Below the pieces are notes generated by a model. That model ran no database searches. It saw only the letters and a list, made by a program, of their open reading frames with translations, and was not told the DNA's origin. A program made the position numbers and the translations under genes. 64,000 bases of DNA. It comes from Desulfuromonas sp. (GTDB lineage: Bacteria; Desulfobacterota; Desulfuromonadia; Desulfuromonadales; Geopsychrobacteraceae). Of the stretch, positions 48,497-56,764 are shown one piece after another. The stretch's first letter is position 1, and each line of letters begins with the position of its first letter. The stretch covers positions 74,019 through 138,018 of the forward strand of contig PKUC01000022.1 in NCBI GenBank assembly GCA_002868865.1. Direction: 5' to 3'.

Positions 48497-49279
48497 ATGG
48501 TCAAAAAAGACAAATCTGAATATATCATACAGGCTGTTTCCCACGCCCTCGACCTGCTCGAACAGTTTCACGATGACGTCGACGAGCTCGGCGTGACCGA
48601 ACTGAGCAAGCGTCTGAAGCTTCATAAGAACAACGTTTTCAGATTGCTGGCAACCCTCGAATCCCGGGGTTACATCGAGCAGAACAAGGCGACCGAAAAC
48701 TACCGCCTCGGACTGAAGGCTCTGGAACTGGGTCAGACATTCATCAAGCAGATGGGTCTGCTGCGTCAGGCGAAACCGATCCTCGAAGAGATGGTCGAAA
48801 AGAGCAACGAAACGTCCTATGTGGCGATCTTCAAGGACAACCACATCGTCTATCTCGATGTCGTCGAAACAAACCTGACGGTCCGTGTGGTCTCACGTGT
48901 GGGCTCACGGCTGCCGGCCTACTGCACGGCGTCGGGCAAGATCCACATGGCCTACATGACCGAGGAAGAGCTGGAAGCCCTACTCCCGAGTCAGGAGTTC
49001 ATCCAACATACCCCGACAACGATCACCAGCATCGACAAGCTCAAGGCCGATCTGGCCACGATCCGCGAGAAGGGCTACGCCATCGATGACGAGGAACTGG
49101 ATCCGGGGGTCCGCTGCGTGGCAGCACCGATCCGTGACTACACACGCCGCATCGTCGGCGCCGTCAGCGTGTCGGGACCGAGCATGCGCTTTGGCGATGA
49201 CCGCATCGAGCAGGAACTGATCCCGCTGGTCCTGCAGGCCAGCACCGACCTCTCCACCAGACTGGGTTTTCCCAGGTAA
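48497..49279 (+). CDS. IclR family transcriptional regulator
   Basis: N-terminal winged HTH (LDLLEQF...ELGVTELSKRLKLHKNNVFRLLATLE) and IclR effector domain (GVRCVAAPI). Confidence 0.9.
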   Translation: MVKKDKSEYIIQAVSHALDLLEQFHDDVDELGVTELSKRLKLHKNNVFRLLATLESRGYIEQNKATENYRLGLKALELGQTFIKQMGLLRQAKPILEEMVEKSNETSYVAIFKDNHIVYLDVVETNLTVRVVSRVGSRLPAYCTASGKIHMAYMTEEELEALLPSQEFIQHTPTTITSIDKLKADLATIREKGYAIDDEELDPGVRCVAAPIRDYTRRIVGAVSVSGPSMRFGDDRIEQELIPLVLQASTDLSTRLGFPR

Positions 49280-49309
49280 ACGGATGCCCACGACAGCCAC
49301 AGATCGCCC

Positions 49310-49346
49310 AAAGAGCCCTGCCCTGCGCAGCGGCTCTTTCTGTTTG
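49310..49346 (+). terminator. Hairpin after iclR (weak terminator or attenuator)
   Basis: AAAGAGCC-(14 nt)-GGCTCTTT followed by CTGTTTG. Confidence 0.4.
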
Positions 49347-49399
49347 TGCCCGAAAGCACCAACGTTCGGAGCAGGACCGACACCGCCAGGGGATCGAGA

Positions 49400-50206
49400 A
49401 TGAACACCGAGCTGCAGCAAGAAATCGAGCGCGCCCTCGCCGATGGCGTCGCCCATCCCGACAACCTGCCGTTTCTGCTCAGCCCCGCACACCCCTCACC
49501 GCTCCGCATCCTGCTGGTACACGGTTTCGGCGCCACCCCCAGAGAGATGCGGAGCCTCGCCGAGCTCCTGTCCAGACAGGGGCACAGCTGTTTTGCCGTC
49601 CGCCTGCCCGGACACGGGACCAGCCCCGAAGATCTTGCGGGTCGACGCTACGAAGAGTGGGTTGAAACGGCCCGGAGGGGCCATGAGCTGTTAAGCCAGG
49701 GAGACGGGGAGGTAGTCGCTATCGGACAGAGTACCGGGGCGCTGGTTCTGCTGCAGCTCGCCCTCGATCATCCGCTAAAGGCGCTGATTCTGCTCTCCCC
49801 CTTCCTACGGCTACAGCATCGTCTGGCGCCCTTTGCTGGCTGGCTGCACCCCTTACGCCCCTATCAGAAACGTTCCCTCGCCGCCACCGAACGCCCCTTC
49901 TACTACGAACGGCGACCGATCAAAGGGGTCCATCAGATCAACCGACTGCGACGCCGGGTCCGCCGAAACCTGCACCGCATCACCGTCCCGACCCTGATAC
50001 TCGCCGCCGCCGGAGATCGCACCGTCGCAGCGGGCACGGCGCGCCGTCTCTACGAAAAACTGGGCAGTTCCGACAAACGGTTTTACTGCTACGGGGCGGA
50101 GGTTCCCCACGTCCTCACCACGGCGGACAACCCCCGGCAGCAGGACACATTCACAAGAATTTCCGATTTCCTACAGCAACTGGACCGACCAGAACAGCGC
50201 GACTAA
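49400..50206 (+). CDS. Alpha/beta hydrolase (carboxylesterase/lysophospholipase-like)
   Basis: LLVHGFGATP and nucleophile elbow GQSTG. ATG at 49400 follows AGGGGA and lies beyond a hairpin at 49310-49346. Confidence 0.8.
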   Translation: MNTELQQEIERALADGVAHPDNLPFLLSPAHPSPLRILLVHGFGATPREMRSLAELLSRQGHSCFAVRLPGHGTSPEDLAGRRYEEWVETARRGHELLSQGDGEVVAIGQSTGALVLLQLALDHPLKALILLSPFLRLQHRLAPFAGWLHPLRPYQKRSLAATERPFYYERRPIKGVHQINRLRRRVRRNLHRITVPTLILAAAGDRTVAAGTARRLYEKLGSSDKRFYCYGAEVPHVLTTADNPRQQDTFTRISDFLQQLDRPEQRD

Positions 50207-50811
50207 ACCGCCACCAACCGTCGCCACAACGCTTCTACCTGCCGCTGCAATGCTTCGCGCGTGGCAGAGTTGTCGATCACGTAATCGGCGCGCTCGATCT
50301 TTTCGTTCTGTGGCATCTGCGCCGCGATACGCGCTTCAGCCTGAGCGAGGCTCAGACCATCCCGCGTCATCAGTCTCTGCAACTGCACCTGTTCGTCGAC
50401 GGAGATCACCAGCACCCGATCGACCCGGCTCTCCGCCCCCGCCTCAAACAGAAGCGGCGCCTCGTAAACCACCAGTGGCACACACTGCTGAGCACTGTCC
50501 CGCAAACGCTCCACGGCCAGGGCACCGATGGCCGGATGAAGCAGTCCGTTCAACACGCGACGGGCCTGTTCATCAGCAAAGACGATCTGCGCGAGCGCTT
50601 CACGATCCAGACCGCCATCATCCGACCTGATCCCCTCTCCAAAACGGGCAAACAGCTGTTCCAGAACGGCACTGCCCGGTGCTACAACCTCGCGCGCCAA
50701 TGCGTCGGCACTTACCAGCTCCGCGCCGAGCCGCTGAAAATAGGAAGCGGCCAGACTTTTACCCGAGGCGATGCCACCGGTGATGCCAAGAATCAAAACT
50801 TTTTTTGTCAT
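50203..50811 (-). CDS. coaE: Dephospho-CoA kinase
   Basis: ILGITGGIASGKS P-loop at the N-terminus. 202 aa. Stop overlaps the convergent hydrolase stop (CTAA). Confidence 0.9.
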   Translation of the reverse strand: MTKKVLILGITGGIASGKSLAASYFQRLGAELVSADALAREVVAPGSAVLEQLFARFGEGIRSDDGGLDREALAQIVFADEQARRVLNGLLHPAIGALAVERLRDSAQQCVPLVVYEAPLLFEAGAESRVDRVLVISVDEQVQLQRLMTRDGLSLAQAEARIAAQMPQNEKIERADYVIDNSATREALQRQVEALWRRLVAV

Positions 50812-50865
50812 GATAAACTTACAATCAAGGAACGTCGAAACGTCCACATCAAAAAGGAGAAGACT

Positions 50866-52695
50866 ATGAGCGACACCATACCACGCATGGTCTTGCGCCA
50901 CACGGAACGTTTTGCCGAACGCACCGTCATGCGCCGCAAGCAGGGCGGTCGCTACCGGAACATCAGCTGGATAGAGCTGGGCGAACAGATCCGCACCTAT
51001 GCCGCCGGCCTGATCGACCTGGGACTGGCTCCCGGGGATCAGGCGACGATCATGTCGCCCAACTGCCCGGAGTGGGCCTACGCCGACCTCGGCATCATGG
51101 CGGCCGGTGGCCGTACCGTCCCCGTGTACCACACCGAATCGCTCAAAACAATTCTACACATCCTGCAGAACTCGCAGAGCCGCTTTTTTTTCACCCACTC
51201 CCCCCTCTTTGCCCGGCAACTGGTCCACCACCTCAGCCGCGTACCACACCTGGAGAAGATCATCCTCCTTAGCGGCAGCGTCAACCATGACCATATCCTC
51301 AGTCTGGCCGAGCTTGTCCGCCGCGGCCACAGTCTGCCCCGGGAATGTGTCGACAAGACCCTCTCCGGCGGATGCCGCGAAGACATCGCCACCCTCGTCT
51401 ACACCTCGGGAACCACCGGTGAGCCGAAGGGGGTTGTCCTCACCCACGACAATATCCTCTCCAACATCGAGGCGTGCTGTCATCTGTTCCGGATCGACGA
51501 GCGGGATCAGTGCCTGTCTTTTCTGCCGCTGTCACACATCTTTGAACGGATGGCCGGCTATTACATGATGCTGCATCAAGGCGTCACCATCGCCTACGCA
51601 GAGAGCATCGATACGGTTCCGGCCAACCTGGCCGAAGTGCGCCCCACCATCGTCATCAGCGTTCCCCGGCTCTACGAAAAGATGTACAGCCGCATCATTG
51701 AACGCGCCACCACCGGCCCCTGGCTGAAGAAACAGATTTTCTTCCTCAGTCTCCGTATCGGCAGGAACTTCACCCGCAAGCAGCTGGCCAGCGAAACATC
51801 GGGGGTCTGGCTGTCACTGGCTAGAAACCTCGCCGACCGCCTGGTCTTTTCCGCTCTGCGTGAAAAGCTCGGTGGACGACTCCGGTTCTTCGTCTCGGGG
51901 GGAGCGCCACTGGTCACCGAAATCGCCGAGTTCTTTCTCGCCGCCGGAGTGCCGATCTACGAAGGGTATGGCCTGACCGAAACCTCCCCGGTCATCGCCG
52001 TCAACTATCCGGGGCGCCACAGACCAGGCTCGGTCGGTCCGTCACTCGACACCCTGTCGCTGACGTTCAGTGACGAAGGCGAACTGATGGTCAAAGGTCC
52101 CAGCGTGTTCGCACACTACTGGCAACAGGACGAAGCGACGACTCAAGCGCTCAAAGACGGCTGGTTTCACACCGGCGACATCGGCCACATCGACGGTGAC
52201 GGCTACCTGTTCATCTCGGATCGTAAAAAGGACCTGATCGTCACCGCTGGGGGCAAGAATATCGCCCCTCTCGAACTGGAAAACCGGATCAAAACCGATC
52301 CCTTCATCGCCAGTGTGCTGGTTTATGGCGATCGAAAACCGTACCTGACGGCCTTGGTCGTGCCCGACTTCGATGCACTGCAGAAATATGCCGCCCATAA
52401 AAAGATCGACTTTCTCGACCGCTGCGACCTGATCTGCCATCCCCGCATCCTCGACCTGATCCGCCGACGGATCGACCGGATACAGCAGGACACCCCGTCC
52501 TACAAAAGAATCCGTCGTTTCACCCTGCTATCGCGTGACTTTAGCGCCAGCGAGGGCGAGGTGACCCCCACCCTCAAGCTGCGCAGGAAGGAGATCGGCA
52601 AGAACTTCGCCACCGTCCTCGAAGACATCTATCGCGCAGAAGGAAAAGTCATCCACGACACCAGCTACTGCATCATCGAGCGGGGCGATCCGTAG
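50866..52695 (+). CDS. Long-chain acyl-CoA synthetase (AMP-forming)
   Basis: AMP-binding motif YTSGTTGEPKGV, GYGLTE and TGDIG...DRKKD. AAGGAGA 6 nt upstream. Confidence 0.9.
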   Translation: MSDTIPRMVLRHTERFAERTVMRRKQGGRYRNISWIELGEQIRTYAAGLIDLGLAPGDQATIMSPNCPEWAYADLGIMAAGGRTVPVYHTESLKTILHILQNSQSRFFFTHSPLFARQLVHHLSRVPHLEKIILLSGSVNHDHILSLAELVRRGHSLPRECVDKTLSGGCREDIATLVYTSGTTGEPKGVVLTHDNILSNIEACCHLFRIDERDQCLSFLPLSHIFERMAGYYMMLHQGVTIAYAESIDTVPANLAEVRPTIVISVPRLYEKMYSRIIERATTGPWLKKQIFFLSLRIGRNFTRKQLASETSGVWLSLARNLADRLVFSALREKLGGRLRFFVSGGAPLVTEIAEFFLAAGVPIYEGYGLTETSPVIAVNYPGRHRPGSVGPSLDTLSLTFSDEGELMVKGPSVFAHYWQQDEATTQALKDGWFHTGDIGHIDGDGYLFISDRKKDLIVTAGGKNIAPLELENRIKTDPFIASVLVYGDRKPYLTALVVPDFDALQKYAAHKKIDFLDRCDLICHPRILDLIRRRIDRIQQDTPSYKRIRRFTLLSRDFSASEGEVTPTLKLRRKEIGKNFATVLEDIYRAEGKVIHDTSYCIIERGDP

Positions 52696-52803
52696 CCGAC
52701 CCCAAATACCTCGTCGTCGCTGTTTACTTTCCTGACGTCCGTCCTGTATTCTGTGCTATCCTGAGCATTTGAAATCGACCGATTGATTTCTGGAGGTTAT
52801 CTG

Positions 52804-54384
52804 GTGGAACAGAATGCGCACCTGATTCGCGATCTGGAGACAGCTCTGACCGGGCTGGCGCGTCTGATCAAAGCATTACGGTTCTATCCCCCCGAGCACC
52901 CGTCGCTGAAGGCCGCTATCGGCAATACCCGCGGCTCCTTCCAGCCGTTTCTGGCCCACCCCCCCAAAGCCTTCAATGTCTCACAAAATGGCTTCAGCGT
53001 GGAGCAACAGACCGTTGCCGACGGAAGCAGCATCCTCCTCGACCTGGCGCGTCAACTGGTCGCCCGGCGCACCCGCCAGCTCCTCATCCTGCCGGAAGTG
53101 ACCGAACAGGAGCTGCTCGCTTTTGCACACCTGCTGTCGATCAGCGCTGACGACGTCTACCGGCAGGGCGGCCTGCCACTGCTGATGGAGCAGGCCCGCA
53201 TCGCCAACATCTGGCTGAACGAACCGAGCCTCGAGCAGGCGCAAAAAAAACGCGACGAGCTGCAGGAAAAGATCGAAACGGGGCAGATGGACGCCCCCAC
53301 CGAACCGGCCCCCGAAGCCGCCAAAACCACTCAGACAAAGAGCGTACGGGCCGAGGTCGCCGACATCCTGAAGCAGCTCAGGGCTCCCTTAGAAGACCGC
53401 GAGCACGCTCTGCTGCTGGCCCGTCTACAGGAGCTCGCACCCGAGTTCTTCGCCCAAACCGGGGTCAACGGTGCCATGCACGTGCTGCCGATGCTGCGGC
53501 AACACTACCGCGACGAGCTGCGCAGCACCGAACAGCAACAGGCCGCCGATCGGACCCTCACCCAGCTGCTGAATGAAAGACTAGTCTTTGAACTGGTCGA
53601 TGCACTTTCCAGCAACAAGCTACCTAAGCCGCACCTCAAGCAGATCGCCGCGTTGCTGATCAAACTGGAGATACGGGTTGCCCCCTATCTGCTCAAACGC
53701 CTGTCCCAGGAAGAAAACGCACAGACGCGGCGAAACCTGACCCTGATTCTGGGACAGATGGGCGGCCCGATCCTTGATCTGCTGCAGGAATCCCTGACCG
53801 ATTCACGCTGGTTTGTGGTGCGCAATACCGTCTCCGTACTCGGCGACATGCGGCAGAAGGCAGCACTGCCGCTGTTGAAACCGGTCCTTAAACATCAGGA
53901 CGTCCGTGTCAAACGGACCCTGATCAGAGCGCTGGCCATGATCGGCGGCGGAGAAGCGGTGCCCCTGTTGCTCAAACTGGTTTCGGACAAAAACCTGACC
54001 CTGCGCCGCCCTGCGATTCTGGCGCTGGGTGCGCTGAAACGTGAAGAGGCAGTGAGTCCGCTGTTGAAAATTGTCACCCATCTCGACATTCTCGGCCGCG
54101 ACACAGGCATCAAGCTGGACGCCATCCGCGCGCTCGCCATCATCGGTTCCACCTCCGCGGTTCCCACCCTGTTGAATCTCGCCAAACGTCCCAATCTACT
54201 GCGTCGAGCCAGTCTGGAAGCCCAGCGTGTCGCAGCGCTCAGCGCCCTCGGCCAACTCGGCACCCCCGACCTCACCCCCACCCTGGAACGCCTCAAAGAC
54301 GGGCGACGGGGTGAAATCAACCGCGCCGCAGAACAGGCCCTGACCCAAATACAGAGGCGAAACAATGTCACAAAACCAGCTTAA
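52804..54384 (+). CDS. HEAT-repeat protein whose N-terminal domain is shared with the downstream HD-GYP protein
   Basis: GTG at 52804 follows GGAGG. N-terminal block LIKALRFYPPEHPSLK...PFL. The C-terminal half has PBS-lyase/HEAT-like repeats (VVRNTVSVLGDM...ALPLL..., VKRTLIRALAMIGG.EAVPLL). Confidence 0.7.
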   Translation: MEQNAHLIRDLETALTGLARLIKALRFYPPEHPSLKAAIGNTRGSFQPFLAHPPKAFNVSQNGFSVEQQTVADGSSILLDLARQLVARRTRQLLILPEVTEQELLAFAHLLSISADDVYRQGGLPLLMEQARIANIWLNEPSLEQAQKKRDELQEKIETGQMDAPTEPAPEAAKTTQTKSVRAEVADILKQLRAPLEDREHALLLARLQELAPEFFAQTGVNGAMHVLPMLRQHYRDELRSTEQQQAADRTLTQLLNERLVFELVDALSSNKLPKPHLKQIAALLIKLEIRVAPYLLKRLSQEENAQTRRNLTLILGQMGGPILDLLQESLTDSRWFVVRNTVSVLGDMRQKAALPLLKPVLKHQDVRVKRTLIRALAMIGGGEAVPLLLKLVSDKNLTLRRPAILALGALKREEAVSPLLKIVTHLDILGRDTGIKLDAIRALAIIGSTSAVPTLLNLAKRPNLLRRASLEAQRVAALSALGQLGTPDLTPTLERLKDGRRGEINRAAEQALTQIQRRNNVTKPA

Positions 54385-55666
54385 ACAGATTCCGGCCCTG
54401 CTGGCGGGCATTTTTCAAGGCATCCGCCTCTATCCGGCCAAGCACCCTCTGGTGCGCAAACAGCTGGACAACGCACTGAGCGCCCTCCATCCGTTTCTGC
54501 TCCAGCAGGGCAAACTGTCTATCGGCCTGGCGGACGAAACCCTGATGGTGGACGACCTGCCCTGTCTCGACGAGCAGTCCGCCCCCGAGGAGCTCCGGCA
54601 GGTCATGATCGCAAAAGGCCTCCACAGGATCGACTTTTTGCCCGGCCTGAAGGCAGAACATCTAGTGCTGTTCTGCCAGAAGATCATCGACCCCGATGTC
54701 AAAAACCTCAAAGACAGCCTGCTCAGCAGCGCAATCGAATCGATCAGAGTCAGCCTGGAAGAGAGCGAGGCCAGAGCGGTCTACAATCAGGCACTGGAAG
54801 TGGTCGAATCGATCTTTCAGGATGTCCGTATCGGCCAGATTCCCTCCGCAGAATCAGCACTCTGTGCGTCCCGGGAGATGGTCGGTCTGTCGCTTTCAGA
54901 ACCGCACGCCCTGTTCTCCATGTCGATGTTGAAGGATTACGACAACTACACCTTCACCCATTCGGTCAACGTCTCCGTCATCGCCACCACCGTAGGCCGA
55001 GCCTGTCAGATGTCGGAAAGCGATCTCAATATTCTCAGTCTGGGAGGTATGCTGCACGACATCGGCAAAATGACCATCGCCCACGACATCGTGACAAAAC
55101 CGGGAAAGCTGAGCGACGCAGAATTTGCCGAGATGCAGCAGCATCCCACCAACGGCGCACAGATCGTCTCGCAGATGGAGCAGGTCTCCCCGATCGTACA
55201 AGACATTGTCAACGGCCACCATCTGCGCTTCGACCGCACCGGGTACCCAGCCAACAGCCGCGGCAAAGACCTCTCCCCCCTGGTCGATGTGGTCACCATC
55301 GCCGACATCTATGACGCCATGACCACCGTGCGTTGCTACCAGAAGCCGGTCACACCGCGACAGGCGCTGGAAAAAATCGAGACGTTGGCGGGACAGTTTG
55401 TCCATCCCGAATTCATCCGAAAATTCATTGCCTTTCTCGGCCCCTATCCGGTCGGCACGCTGGTCCGCTTGAAAAATGGAGCCATCTGCCTCATTGTCGA
55501 CCAGAATAAAAGCGGCACGGGCAGCCTGACCGTCAAACAGGCCATCGATCCCGACGGCACACGCCATGAGGACCCGCCACAATGCGAACTGCCTCATCAG
55601 GAGGATATTGTCGCTGAGGTCAATCCTCTGCTGAAAGGCGTCGACATCCAGAGATTACTCGACTGA
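54365..55666 (+). CDS. HD-GYP domain c-di-GMP phosphodiesterase with uncharacterised N-terminal domain
   Basis: HDIGK and HH..FDRTGYP motifs. N-terminal IFQGIRLYPAKHPLVR...PFL is paralogous to the upstream gene. Start overlaps the upstream stop by 20 nt. Confidence 0.85.
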   Translation: MSQNQLKQIPALLAGIFQGIRLYPAKHPLVRKQLDNALSALHPFLLQQGKLSIGLADETLMVDDLPCLDEQSAPEELRQVMIAKGLHRIDFLPGLKAEHLVLFCQKIIDPDVKNLKDSLLSSAIESIRVSLEESEARAVYNQALEVVESIFQDVRIGQIPSAESALCASREMVGLSLSEPHALFSMSMLKDYDNYTFTHSVNVSVIATTVGRACQMSESDLNILSLGGMLHDIGKMTIAHDIVTKPGKLSDAEFAEMQQHPTNGAQIVSQMEQVSPIVQDIVNGHHLRFDRTGYPANSRGKDLSPLVDVVTIADIYDAMTTVRCYQKPVTPRQALEKIETLAGQFVHPEFIRKFIAFLGPYPVGTLVRLKNGAICLIVDQNKSGTGSLTVKQAIDPDGTRHEDPPQCELPHQEDIVAEVNPLLKGVDIQRLLD

Positions 55667-55672
55667 ACGCAC

Positions 55673-55717
55673 AAAGGCCCCGAACGCTCAGAAAAAAACT
55701 GAGCATCGGAGCCTTTT
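55673..55717. terminator. Bidirectional terminator between the convergent HD-GYP and HEAT genes
   Basis: AAAGGCCCCGAACGCTCAG-AAAAAAA-CTGAGCATCGGAGCCTTTT: long imperfect hairpin. Confidence 0.6.
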
Positions 55718-55761
55718 GAACGATCTAACCACCGCATCAGCGGCTGTTCGAAACGCGCCTT

Positions 55762-56325
55762 TTACTGATTCAATCGCCCAAGAGCCGCTGCCGCACCGCG
55801 CCGCACCGCGCTACGCTCGTCTCCGAGAGATTCCAGCAGAAACGGTTCCCCTTCAGCAAACCCCAGGTGCGCAAGAGCGTCGATCGCGGCCAACGCAACC
55901 TCATCGCCTCCCTTGAGGTAGGGCGCGAGGCACGCCGGGATGCGGCGGTCGGAAAAAGCGGACAGCGCCCTGATGATCTCGGCCTGAACGCCAGGAACGG
56001 GGTCCTTAAGAGCCTTGACCAGAGCGCCCAGTGTTTTGGGGTGCCGTTTGCTGCCAAGAACCCGGGCCACCGCGGCGCGCAGGTCGGGGTCGTCATTCTT
56101 TAAGGCAGCGAGCAGGGGAACGAAAACGCCGGGAGACTGGACCTGCTCCAGCGCACACACCGCGGCAATCCGCTGACCGCGATCACCAGTGCGCAGCTGC
56201 TCGATCAGGGACTGCAGAGATCCCCGCGCCTCGAGAGCATCCAGACTGTCAGCCGCGGCTTGTCGGACCGAAGCATCCGGATCTTTCAATATTTTCTGTA
56301 AGGCCTGTATGCGGTCTTGCGACAT
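55762..56325 (-). CDS. HEAT-repeat protein (187 aa)
   Basis: Repeating DP..RAAVARVLG / V.AEIIRALS / VRRGAAAALG HEAT-like units. GGAGGG 4 nt upstream. Confidence 0.7.
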   Translation of the reverse strand: MSQDRIQALQKILKDPDASVRQAAADSLDALEARGSLQSLIEQLRTGDRGQRIAAVCALEQVQSPGVFVPLLAALKNDDPDLRAAVARVLGSKRHPKTLGALVKALKDPVPGVQAEIIRALSAFSDRRIPACLAPYLKGGDEVALAAIDALAHLGFAEGEPFLLESLGDERSAVRRGAAAALGRLNQ

Positions 56326-56381
56326 GAACCCTCCATGAAGAACAAAAAAATACCCCTGTTCCTAAAGACCGTCAAGGTCAT

Positions 56382-56723
56382 TTATTGACCACGGGGCGGG
56401 TCGTAGCGCTCATAATACCCGAGTAAGCAGCCGGTCGCATCGCGCACCGCACGCATGTAGACGCGGTGTTTTTCGTTGTCGACAATCAATTCCTCTTCGA
56501 CGCCGTCTTGCAAGCGGGCCAGAACCTCGACCATCTTCTGGCAGGATACCTCGTTGTGGCAGCGCAGCAGCGACTCACCGATCAACTCATCCACACCGGT
56601 ATAGTGCTGGCGTGCGGCACGGTTTGCGTAGCGAACAACATGATCGGTATCGGCAAACAGGACCGGTCCCTTCAGGCTGTCGAGCAGGCAAGTCAAAAAA
56701 TCATGGGTCGGCATATGTAGCAT
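56382..56723 (-). CDS. Small stand-alone PAS-like domain protein
   Basis: 113 aa. GPVLFADTDHVVRYANRAARQHY...GESLLRCHNE pattern typical of a PAS core. Alternative ATG at 56714. Confidence 0.65.
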   Translation of the reverse strand: MLHMPTHDFLTCLLDSLKGPVLFADTDHVVRYANRAARQHYTGVDELIGESLLRCHNEVSCQKMVEVLARLQDGVEEELIVDNEKHRVYMRAVRDATGCLLGYYERYDPPRGQ

Positions 56724-56764
56724 CCTCTTTTTAAAGGTGTGATCGCAACTGTTTTTTCGATCCG

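Noticed and set aside
50203-50206. Convergent genes whose stop codons overlap or nearly touch: hydrolase/coaE (CTAA at 50203-50206) and GST/His-rich membrane gene (38075-38081).
   Set aside because: This is real in the sequence but common in compact genomes. No terminator is visible, and there is no specific functional implication beyond possible transcriptional interference.
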